A DNA stretch of 63,867 nucleotides, the filler included, from Octopus bimaculoides (taxonomy: Eukaryota), in assembly GCF_001194135.2 (NCBI RefSeq). It is 5 parts of 5 records of this genome, joined end to end, with 100 filler letters (N's around TTAATTAATTAA, not from the genome) between each part and the next. Parts side by side here need not be neighbours in the genome. Positions count along the whole stretch, not along the records: positions 48,426 to 53,284 come from NC_069009.1; positions 53,385 to 63,867 come from NC_068985.1; 3 more parts are not named here. One strand, given 5' to 3'. Positions 52,909 through 63,139 of this stretch are shown here, in pieces (position 1 is the first letter of the stretch; every line of letters starts with the position of its first letter). The position numbers were made by a program, and so were the translations under genes. The notes below the pieces were generated by a model that saw only the letters and a list, made by a program, of their open reading frames with translations, searched no databases and had not been told where the DNA came from.

Positions 52909-53185
52909 AATATACATATACACATACACACAAACATATACTCACATATCTGAGGCAGTTACGAAAATTCTACACTATACAAGATGATCAACGTTTGAGC
53001 ACACATAACACACACACACATATATACATACATACATACAGACATACATACATACATACAGACATACATACATACATACACAAAAACACACACACACATA
53101 CACACACTATACATACACGCACACATATCTGAGGCAGTCACACAGGTTCTGCACTAGACAATATGATTAAGGTTTGAACAAATTT
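52785..53185. repeat. Three-copy composite tandem repeat: ~50-bp conserved unit plus (CA/TA) spacer
   Basis: TCTGAGGCAGT...TTCT.CACTA.ACA...ATGA..AA.GTTTGA at 52785, 52949 and 53128 (periods 164 and 179). Confidence 0.85.
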
Positions 53186-53384
53186 GATCATGAGACGTTT
53201 TGATACAGGGAAAATCTGGGGTTGATGAACAACCTACAAGAAGAGCATCCCATTTAAACCAGACGCTAACACGTACCGGTACTCNNNNNNNNNNNNNNNN
53301 NNNNNNNNNNNNNNNNNNNNNNNNNNNNTTAATTAATTAANNNNNNNNNNNNNNNNNNNNNNNNNNNNNNNNNNNNNNNNNNNN

Positions 53385-53423
<39 letters not shown>

Positions 53424-54664
53424 AGTGGCAGATAGTTGTGTGTTATGTGTGAAGGACAATTAAAATATTCTTTTTAGACAGGCTCTTTAATGACTTTGGT
53501 GTTAGAACTTGCGTCCCAACCTCTTACTAATAATGAAGACAAATAAAGTCTCATATTACTGGACTGTGTCCCAGTTTCAACACTCAGTTGTAGCGTTACA
53601 GCTATTTCATTTCACCATTTCACCACTAACATGTGCATCAAAAGCATATATTATTACACAGTCTCATTTTCCTGTCCTATAAATCTAACGCTGTCAATCT
53701 GACCTCTTCTGAAATATGAGAAGTTGCCCTTCTAAATCGATAATAATGTTCGAATAGTTTATTATCTTATTATCCTAACTTAAATGAAAAGCTACATTTC
53801 AAGTTTTACAACAGTGAGAGAATGGAATTCTCTTGATTGGTTAATGATCTCTCTGGTTGTAATTCGGGATCGGTTAGCTTCGCCATGGTCTTTATTTAAT
53901 TATTTATTGTTTAGAGAGATGGAATTGTGTTTCTCAACACCAAATAGAAGAAACAGAGGGATTCTGATGGAGATAAAAGAATTGGGTGAGGAGGGGTGGT
54001 GTTATATGTTTTGTAGACAAAGTGTTAAATAATAGATGTGTGTGTGTGTATACATATGTATACATACATATATGTTTATATATATANNNNNNNNNNAAAT
54101 CTATCCGCAACTAACATTCTTTGACTGCTTGTTTCCTTCAAAAGAAATTTCAAGTTTTCCTTCCTTCCTGTCCGACTTAAGGCCACATAAATCTGGCCGT
54201 GACTAAATATAAGAGCTGGTAAGGAAATACCAAATACACAGAGTTGAAACGCTGTTTGATTTTTTATTTCAGCGTTGAATGTTAATCATCACACATCTAT
54301 TGCGCCCGCACACGCAAAAACGCACATTCACATACCCCCTTTTACATACACTCACATATATTCGCACAGATTTGAAACGCTGTTTGATTTATTTTTTCAG
54401 CGAACAATTTTCATCATCCCACTACTAAGTATGACATCACCCCTTCTTTCCTTATTCATCTATCACCTCTTCCTTTCTCATTCATAAACACAAGAGTATT
54501 ATTATAATAGATTACCTCGGTAACCATAGGAGCTATGAAAAAATACAAAGCCCAGTAAAACCACCGGATCATTCTACACATCTGTGTAATTTTTCGCAAA
54601 ATTCCACCCAGCCGTTTGACCGTGAATCCCAAGACAAGAAACAATCGCCTATGTCGAATTTATA

Positions 54665-54700
<36 letters not shown>

Positions 54701-54809
54701 NNNNNNNNNNGGTAATATTTGATAATTGCAAGCACCTGTATATGCCAGATAGTGGCCGAGGTGAAAGAATAAATTAAAAACGTAAAATTAAAACAGAACA
54801 CAAAGGATT

Positions 54810-54910
54810 CCGCGGTACACGTGTTTCAAGCTTTATATACAAACAGTCGTTGCATCAATATATGGGTATATAATTGATAGACAGGATGGTATAAAGCTAT
54901 CTTCAGTCGT
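54810..54910 (-). ncRNA. Minimal type-I hammerhead ribozyme-like motif (PLE-type), possibly degenerate
   Basis: Minus strand: CTGAAGA (54906-54900), T, AGCTTTATA...TATAAAGCT 9-bp stem II, T, GAAA (54827-54824), palindromic ACACGTGT stem III, then A (GUA cleavage triplet, A17 = 54816). Stem I pairing is imperfect. Confidence 0.55.
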
Positions 54911-54931
54911 AAATATATTCTTTCCCAAGTA

Positions 54932-55345
54932 TCATATCCCAAAGAAGAAGTCACCAAGAAAAAAGTAAAAGAGAGAGAAACATGAGAGAGGAAGAGGGGG
55001 AGTCCACTTGGTATTATCCATTGTAATATCCATTGTAATATCCATTGTAATATCCATTGTAATATGTTTATCCTTTAAGTTGATACATTTNNNNNNNNNN
55101 ATTGTAATATCCATTGTAATATGTTTATCCTTTAAGTTGATACATTTACATGAACTTTTATGTAAATGTATCAACTTAAACTGGTTGATACTTTTATGAT
55201 CCTGTAGGACATTCGAGCTTGATGGGAAGGCAGGAGGAAGGGATATTCGATCCAAAGATTTTATCTGAATGTTTGTAATAGAGTGAACAACCCCATTAAA
55301 GGTATTGTATCTAAGGTTTCTGGTGGTGATATTAAACCGGGTCAC
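54932..55345 (-). mobile_element. Possible Penelope-like element ORF C-terminus relic
   Basis: TFNGVVHSITNIQIKSLDRI...KCINLKD loosely matches the PLE GIY-YIG tail (HFN...HS..D..I...D...G.N); lies just upstream of the hammerhead motif on the same strand. Confidence 0.3.
55016..55063. repeat. 12-bp tandem repeat ATCCATTGTAAT x4
   Basis: Directly visible; partly duplicated across the 10-N gap at 55091-55100. Confidence 0.9.
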
Positions 55346-55661
55346 GGATTAAGTCTACTGTCTATCAGAATCACGGTGAGATTTGAACTCAGAACGCGGA
55401 GAATCCCAACAAATGCTGTTCTAAACGTTCCGTCATTCAATCGCCCTTGACAAATACTTTATTTACCGACTTCAAAAAGATGAAAAGTAAAAATATATTG
55501 GGATTCAAGGACGTTAAAACACCAGAGAGGTTTACCATTGCCTGAACTTTGCGTTCTTATAGATGCAAAGCTAACAAAGCTGATGAAACCTTTATCAATT
55601 TTGCACGTTACTTAGTTTTTATTGTTTGAACCAACGTGGGAATTCAATGTATACTTCTTCG

Positions 55662-56043
55662 TGGCACTCCGTCGGTTACGACGACGATGGTTCCAGTTGA
55701 TCTGATCAACCGAACAGCCTGCTCGTGAAATTAACGTGCAAGTGGCTGAGCACTCCACAGACACCTATACCCTTAACGTAGTTCTCGGGGAGATTCAGCG
55801 TGACACAGAGTGTGACAAGGCTGGCCCCTTTGAATTACAGGTACAACAGAAACAGGAAGAAAGAGTGAGAGGAAGTTGTAGTGAGAAAGTACAGTAGGGT
55901 TCGCCACCACGCTTTGCCAGAGCCTCATAGAGCTTTAGGTGTTTTTGCTCAATAAACACGCGCAACAATCGATCTGGGAATCGAAACTGCAAACCTACGA
56001 CCGCGAGTCCGCTGCCCTAACCATTGGGCCATTGCGCCTCCAC
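55662..56043 (-). mobile_element. tRNA(Arg)-like SINE family C, full length, sharing its 3' module with family B
   Basis: Head GTGGAGGCGCAATGGCCCAATGGTTAGGGCAGCGGACTCGCGGTC...GTTTCGATTCCCAG (A/B boxes, TCG in the anticodon-like loop); distinct middle; 3' 200 nt nearly identical to the family B tail. Confidence 0.85.
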
Positions 56044-56326
56044 AATGTATGCTTATAAATAGATTGAATGAATGGTTTGGAACGTTTTTGTAGTGAAACA
56101 TATCTCTGAATAGGTGATGAATTTTATTGATTTCAGACAGAAAATATTGTAGTAGAAATAATATTCAAGCGCTTCCCAATGGCTTTTAGCGAACAATAGT
56201 GTCATATCGTTAGGTTTTCCAGCTTGTTGAATGTATTTCTCATTGTGCGTCTAATAAGAGATTGTCTGTGCAACTGAGGGCATATCAAATATCTCAATAA
56301 GTACCGTTTTTTCAATGAAGTTCCCG

Positions 56327-56915
56327 ACGTGGCTGTATGTTAAGAACCTTGCTTCCCGACCACATGGTTCGGGTTCCGTTCCACAGCATGGTACCTTGGG
56401 CTTGTGCCTTCTACCATAGCCTTGGACCAACCAGAGCCTTGCACGGAAACTGAAAGAAGACCGTCACCCATTGTATATATANNNNNNNNNNNNNNNNNNN
56501 NNNNNNNNNNNNNNNNNNNNNNNNNNNNNNNNNNNNNNNNNNNNNNNNNNNNNNNNNNNNNNNNNNNNNNNNNNNNNNNNNNNNNNNNNNNNNNNNNNNN
56601 NNNNNNNNNNNNNNNNNNNNNNNNNNNNNNNNNNNNNNNNNNNNNNNNNNNNNNNNNNNNNNNNNNNNNNNGTGTGTGTGTGTGTGTGTGTGTATTTCTG
56701 TGTGTGTGTATTTCTGTGTGTCCAACCACCACCACTTGACGTCTGATATTTGTGTGTTTTCGTTCCCGTAACTTAGCAATTCGGCTAAAAAAAGACTGAT
56801 AAAATAAGTGTCAAGCTTAGGAAAGCTAAGTGCTGTGGTTGATTCATTCGACTAAAAATTCTTCAAGGCAGTGCCCCAGCATGGCCGGAGTCTAATGACT
56901 GAAACAAGTAACAGA
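56327..56915 (+). mobile_element. SINE family A, diverged, gap in internal microsatellite
   Basis: GTGGCTGTATGTTAAG...CCACATGGTTCGGGTTC...GAAACTGAAAGAAG...CCCCAGCATGGCC...CTGAAACAAG. Confidence 0.8.
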
Positions 56916-57238
56916 AAGTATCTCAAGGAAAGATAGATACCCATACACGTATGATAAGTTTGGCAAAAATCAGGGCTAAATACCACCCCCTGTACTTCAA
57001 TAGTACTTTATTTTATCGACTCCAGAATTATGAAAGCAAAGTTGTGTCTGGAATCCAAATTTCAAACCCCATCGAGATCATTTTTATGAAGTCGATAAAT
57101 TAAGTACCACTTGCGTATTGGAGTCGATCTAATCGACTGACCCCTCCCCAAAAAAGATAAAAGGAAGAACCATTTAACTATTGGAGTCGATATGCAGACA
57201 TTTTACCAAAAGTATGGATTATTTCACCAAACACTATA

Positions 57239-57355
57239 CGAGATGTATATGAAAAGTCTTGAGCCTCAAAAAACATGGTACAAGACGTCTGATGAAGGTA
57301 CAAGACTTCAAAGCTCAAAGGCCTTGAAGGCTCAGAACTTTTTATACACCACTCG
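57239..57355. mobile_element. Mariner-type MITE (~117 bp) with ~30-bp imperfect TIRs
   Basis: TA|CGAGATGTATATGAAAAGTCTTGAGCCTCAA versus the reverse complement of the right end CGAGTGGTGTATAAAAAGTTCTGAGCCTTCAA; left TA at 57237-57238, right flank GA. Confidence 0.6.
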
Positions 57356-57518
57356 GATCAGTTTACGATTAACGATACCAAACTGTATCTATCCATTCAT
57401 CCATCCGTCCGTCTGTCCGTCCGTCCGTCACTCCGTCTGTTCGTTCAGCCATCTGTCCGTTCGTCCGTCTGCTCATCTCTTCAATTCCATACAGATAACG
57501 GGATTATGAACAGTCGTG

Positions 57519-57840
57519 ACGGCGCGTGGTTTCGTAGTTAGAGCATTCGGCTCATGGTTGTAAGATCGTGAGTTCGATTCCCGGCGTCGCGTTGTGTCCT
57601 TGAGCAAGACACTTTATTTGACGTTGCTCCAATCCAATCAACTGGCAAAAATGAGTTGTACCTGAAATTCAAAGGGCCAACCTTGTCACATCACTTGCCA
57701 TGCTGAATCTCCCTGAGAATCTATGTTAAGGGCACACGTGTTCGTAGAGTGCTCAGCCACTTGCACTTCAATTTCACGAGCAAGCGTCGCGTTGATCGGA
57801 TCAACTGAAACGATTGTACTCGTTGCCGACGGAGAGCTTT
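57519..57840 (+). mobile_element. tRNA-derived SINE family B, full length
   Basis: GGCGCGTGGTTTCGTAGTTAG (A-box)...GAGTTCGATTCC (B-box)...TGTGTCCTTGAGCAAGACACTT central motif...shared 3' module. Confidence 0.9.
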
Positions 57841-58791
57841 TCAGTTTGGCAGACATTGTTTATAAACTTGAGTCTTTACCAAAAGATGCTTTTCCAAGTC
57901 GTACAATGTAAGAGAGTCAAGTCTAGAAACAGGGTGGTTGCCAAGTAAACTTCTTAACTACAGGGTCACATTTATTTCCTTTGTTGACTTAACTCCCAAT
58001 CAACAACTGAGTAGTAACTCAATACGAAGTCAATAATATAAGTGTTTATGTCACAGCAGAACCAAAGCTATAAACAGGCAGACAGTACTGATGTAAGATT
58101 GCATTGTAAAACACTCAGGCAAGTTTTCTCTTGCAAAATATATCTTCCAATGCAAACCACCTTTCCTCAACAAACAGCAAAAATCAATATCTCCTCTATT
58201 GTTAACATTCAATAATAAGTAGGATAGATATTTATTTATTTATTTATCTCCTATATTCATTTATTTATCTATTCACCTGTCCTAATTCCCCATGGAGAGA
58301 AAAAAAACTTGTTTATGAAAATTATAAACGTTAATGGATTTTTTTTTCTAAAATATACTTCATCATATTTCTTTGATATTTTGTTTGTTTTGTTTTCTTT
58401 GTATTTTATTTGGATCTTTGTTTGGTTGCTGGGCTGGGTGGTTGGTGATTTTTGTTGAAAAAAACAAAACGGTTCTGGAAAAACCGGGATGGATGGAGTG
58501 GGGAGGGCTGTGCCGGGAAAGCGAATTTGTGGTGAGCTGTGGATGTGTATGATCCCCTTTCGGTTCCTGTTTGACAAAAATAAATAAATAAATAAATAAA
58601 TAAAAAAATAAATCATTTCACCTAAATCATAACATTAACGCAGAGTGCAGTGTATGGTGGAATCATTTGGGGTTGTACAAAATCCCGCGCGGTAATTTAT
58701 ACCTTTTTCATATATCGATTTAAAATCCCAATATTAAAGAACTGAGGGCGGTAAAATTACCGTATTTCCTGGTTCCCTTAAAATAAAGACA

Positions 58792-58969
58792 CAGGCGTGG
58801 CTGTGTAGTAAAATGTTTCGTTCTGAACCCCATGGTTCCGGGTTTAGTCCAATGCGTAGTTCCTTTGGCAAGTGTCTTCTACTACAACAACAGACCGATC
58901 AAAGCCTTGTGAGTGGATTTGGTAGACGGAAACTGAAAGAAGCCCGTCATGTGTATGTATGTATGTATT

Positions 58970-59014
<45 letters not shown>

Positions 59015-59202
59015 CACAACCGCTTTACAGCTAGTATTTGAGTGTTTACCACCCCGTTACTCAGCGGTTTGGCAAAAGATACAAAATAAGTAACTAAGCC
59101 TAAAAACTAATAAGTACAAAGTCGATTCGATCGTCTAAAATTCTTCAAGGTGGTGCCCCAGCATGGCCTCAATTTAATGAATGAAACAAGTAAAAGGTGA
59201 AA
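58792..59202 (+). mobile_element. SINE family A, diverged full-length copy
   Basis: CAGGCGTGGCTGTGTAGTAA...GGCAAGTGTCTTCTACTA...GAAAGAAGCCCGTC-(TG)n...GAAACAAGTAAAAG. Confidence 0.85.
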
Positions 59203-59599
59203 GAGAAATTTCGAAACTTTACTTAAAGGACGATGCCTACAATTTATTCATATGTCAATTTTAATCTCAGGGAAGGGTTCACAAGGAATGTAAATTGGAG
59301 CCCCACGGACTCCTTTCGACTTTTTCTATCTAAAGGGCTTTTTTAATCAAATATTTTCACACTATTATTTAAGTTTCATCGGCTTCGATATCCACTATTT
59401 TTTTTTTTAAGGAATTACTATTTTTCGAAACTTCCAAGTGATAATTACGATACGTGTTTACTTGTTCGAAGTCGGAGTGTTCGCGACTCAGGAAAATATC
59501 GTATTTTATCTCTATCCCCAAATGAATATCTTTGTATCTCAGAAATCACTTACGGATAGTGAAGTGTGTGCATTTGTTCTAAATGTGAGTATCTGTTCT

Positions 59600-59720
59600 G
59601 AATTAGAAACTAAGGCTGAGTTTACCATTTATTCTTCCAGGGTCGATAAAATAAGTACCAAGTACTGTGGTTGATATAATGGATTGTCCACTTTAATTTC
59701 TAGTCTTGTGTTTGTATAAG
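59600..59720 (+). mobile_element. SINE family D, old fragment
   Basis: GGGTCGATAAAATAAGTACCA...GTACTGTGGTTGAT motif. Confidence 0.55.
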
Positions 59721-60869
59721 AAATTATAATGAGTTCGCGAAGTGAAAGGAACAGATTGATGTGCGTTATGGAGAGAGGTTACTTTTGGGAAAATATTTAC
59801 ACTCAATTCTCCGTTTGGTGATAAAATAAATACAATATTAGAAATAACCGCTCGAGGTGTAGCACAGAAGTTAAACGTTACCTCATTTTTGTGTAGTTTC
59901 AGATCACCATCAGTGACCTTTCCATCTGTTTTTTTTTTATGTGGAGGTGACCTTAACCTATACTATAAATTGTAGTTTTTTAAGACAACAAGCTGAAATT
60001 TAAAAGATCATGCTGCTCTTCTCGCAAGCTGAGCGACCATATTGAGGCTCTCTTTCTCTCGACAAACTACCTTTCTTTGACGCTGCAGGAGAATTATAAT
60101 GGCAGTTGTAACTTCTAAGATATTTTGCAAAGAAAATTGTTCAAACATAACCTCTGAAGTGCATTGGTAACACAGACTTTCCGAGAGAAAAATACATGAT
60201 ATGTTTACGACACACAATAAGGGAAACAGAAACTATCAAGTTCGTGATAAAAGGGAAGAAGCCACATCATTTTAGGTATCTTAAAATATACCATCTTTGT
60301 ACTTTGTGCTCTCCACGGAAAGAACAATACCATTTACAGTGGAAATCTCCGCGTAGACTGGCAAGGGTTTTGCCATAAAAACAATACGAAAGCTAGCAAA
60401 AAACAAAAGAAGGCAACAAATTTTGATATTGTATCGAATCATTAATTTTATATTTTTAAAATGTTATTTGTACTGGTTTGGACTTGGAGAAGAGATAGGA
60501 GACTGTGTCCATGGCTTTCACAGATCATTTGAAAGCCGTGAGAACGTAGAGGCTAAGTTACTTTCACAAAACTGCAAATGGATGACTGTAGGAAAAACAT
60601 GTGCAGGGAATTTCAGAGGTTTACGAGGTTACGGGATGTACATAATATGGGTGACGAGTGCAACAGACACAAGTGTATCAGGAATTCCGAGTTGAGGGTA
60701 GTGTGAGGCTTAGAGGACAAGAGGCCAGTGTAATAGACATTGAAAAACCAGATACAGTAAATGTGTAGAAACTTGTTAGGATGTATTAGTGAGTGATTCC
60801 TGACAATCAGCAAGTAGGATTTTTTATGGTGTGGTGAGAAAATGCTAAGCACTCACCAGCAGCAATAGA

Positions 60870-61515
60870 GACAGAAGCGGCGATTACAGCACACTCCGAT
60901 TGTATAGTGCCGATGGAATTCCAACCACGTTTCAAGGTTCGCTACCTCAACAGGTCCTTTATAGGATCCAGTGGCTAAAGATATCATCAAGAGGAACCAC
61001 CTCCGGTTTCGGCCCCTAGTCCTTTACCGTTTCTACGTAGTGTTGAGTGCGTTTTTCTTTCTTCTTTTTCTCTTTTCTTGGCTGTTCCGATTCAACTGTG
61101 GAATGACCCTCGCTATGGTTTCTGTCCAGGAGGTTCTGGCCACACGTCTTCTGGTTTTTCAACCCGCCCTGTTGAATCACTTTCTTCTGACACACCTTCC
61201 CTTGTTGAATTCTATGCCCGATGTAACAAGAAAACACCTTTCCGTAGCAGCTGAATTCCTCATCTACCTTTCCTTTACCGCTTCCTTTTCTCGTTGTCCA
61301 TTTCCGGTCCGGCTCCATACCTTTTTCTGTTCCTGCTCGATCCTTTATTCTACCCCCATGATCCCGGATCATGGGGGTATGGTTCATCATGGTTATTTTG
61401 GGAACATTACTCAACTGCAGATATTTCCAGAACTTTCTAGAAACTTAATAACTGCAGTGAAGTTTTGCAGTGAAGTTTTGGCTATGTTGAACATTCATCA
61501 GGGGACATCCTAATG
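60870..61515 (-). mobile_element. GC-richer, purine-skewed segment; possible decayed ORF1 of a non-LTR retrotransposon
   Basis: The minus ORF 61016-61414 is K/E-rich (RKEKKKKEK) with a disrupted C..C...H..C-like stretch; no firm family signature. Confidence 0.25.
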
Positions 61516-61539
61516 ATAGTGATGGCAAGTGATTTAATA

Positions 61540-61635
61540 ACTATGGCATTTGGTCCACGGGTATAAGGTCGTGAGTTCGATTCTCGGCGGTGCGTTGTGT
61601 CGTGAAGCGAAACGTTTTATTTCACGTTGTCCCAG

Positions 61636-61640
<5 letters not shown>
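61540..61640 (+). mobile_element. SINE family B 5' fragment
   Basis: GTAAGGTCGTGAGTTCGATTCTCGGCGGTGCGTTGTGTC...TTATTTCACGTTG, collinear with 57550-57625. Confidence 0.75.
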
Positions 61641-61671
<31 letters not shown>

Positions 61672-61768
61672 ACCACGCATGCACACACATACATTTGCAC
61701 TCACCCACACACACACACACGAGCTTCAGTATACAGTAGTTAACATTTCCCTTCCATTACTTTTTCAG

Positions 61769-61917
61769 AGCTGTCACTTACATCACAACCTCTCCATGGG
61801 ATTATTAAACCCACGCTCCCAGCGCCATCAGCACCCCTACCTCTCTGTTGGCTTCCATTTCTCAGGCATACCTTGCTAGCAGGTCTACTGCTCTATCGTT
61901 CATACTGCTGGACATGA
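61769..61917 (+). CDS. Candidate terminal coding exon encoding a GPI-anchor-signal-like C-terminus, unverified
   Basis: Strong acceptor TTTCCCTTCCATTACTTTTTCAG| (AG at 61767-61768); phase-1 frame xLSLTSQPLHGIIKPTLPAPSAPLPLCWLPFLRHTLLAGLLLYRSYCWT* (TGA 61915-61917); unique, non-repetitive sequence follows. Confidence 0.35.
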
Positions 61918-63101
61918 GTAATATGAACGATCATCCAAGTATACTTGGATAATTGAACGGGATTTCTGTTATACTGTGCTATCTTTAAGCAATGAATAGT
62001 CTCTCATCGTTCAATAATGATATTTTCTATGATATATCCAGCAAACAATACAAGCAATATATATATTCAACTGGGAAACACCATCGTATTTAGTTTAAGA
62101 ATGCAGTCTGTCTAATTTTAACCTTCCTCCTGTTGATTTAAATTGTACAAATCATATTAATTCTGATTTGAGCGAATCAATTGGACCCATCTTCTAATTT
62201 TTATTTTTTATTATTCTCATTCCACTTTTTTGCTTAACTTTCTCTCGTCCATTCTAGTTTTCTCTCAAAGAGGATCTCATTTCTCGCTTTTTTCTACGCA
62301 AAGACGAACAATCTTGTATATTTGAGTCTAGAAGATTGTTTNNNNNNNNNNNNNNNNNNNNNNNNNNNNNNNNNNNNNNNNNNNNNNNNNNNNNNNNNNN
62401 NNNNNNNNNNNNNNNNNNNNNNNNNNNNNNNNNNNNNNNNNNNNNNNNNNNNNNNNNNNNNNNNNNNNNNNNNNNNNNNNNNNNNNNNNNNNNNNNNNNN
62501 NNNNNNNNNNNNNNNNNNNNNNNNNNNNNNNNNNNNNNNNNNNNNNNNNNNNNNNNNNNNNNNNNNNNNNNNNNNNNNNNNNNNNNNNNNNNNNNNNNNN
62601 NNNNNNNNNNNNNNNNNNNNNNNNNNNNNNNNNNNNNNNNNNNNNNNNNNNNNNNNNNNNNNNNNNNNNNNNNNNNNNNNNNNNNNNNNNNNNNNNNNNN
62701 NNNNNNNNNNNNNNNNNNNNNNNNNNNNNNNNNNNNNNNNNNNNNNNNNNNNNNNNNNNNNNNNNNNNNNNNNNNNNNNNNNNNNNNNNNNNNNNNNNNN
62801 NNNNNNNNNNNNNNNNNNNNNNNNNNNNNNNNNNNNNNNNNNNNNNNNNNNNNNNNNNNNNNNNNNNNNNNNNNNNNNNNNNNNNNNNNNNNNNNNNNNN
62901 NNNNNNNNNNNNNNNNNNNNNNNNNNNNNNNNNNNNNNNNNNNNNNNNNNNNNNNNNNNNNNNNNNNNNNNNNNNNNNNNNNNNNNNNNNNNNNNNNNNN
63001 NNNNNNNNNNNNNNNNNNNNNNNNNNNNNNNNNNNNNNNNNNNNNNNNNNNNNNNNNNNNNNNNNNNNNNNNNNNNCACAGACACATTCTCTGTCTGTCT
63101 G

Positions 63102-63139
<38 letters not shown>

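Noticed and set aside
52785-53185. CRISPR array interpretation
   Set aside because: Eukaryotic context, diverged repeats, long low-complexity spacers and no cas genes.
55960-56043. tRNA-Arg-like sequence (and similar A/B-box heads elsewhere)
   Set aside because: No acceptor stem closure, and it continues into a SINE body; these are SINE heads, not tRNA genes.
57289-57315. CTGATGA-AGGT-ACAAG-ACTT-CAAA hammerhead-like string
   Set aside because: It has CAAA instead of the essential GAAA, no stems I/III, and lies within a MITE that explains the surrounding structure.
60971-61513. 180-aa + strand ORF as a membrane protein gene
   Set aside because: GTG start; the hydrophobicity comes from the T/C-rich complement of a purine-rich minus strand; no recognisable domain.
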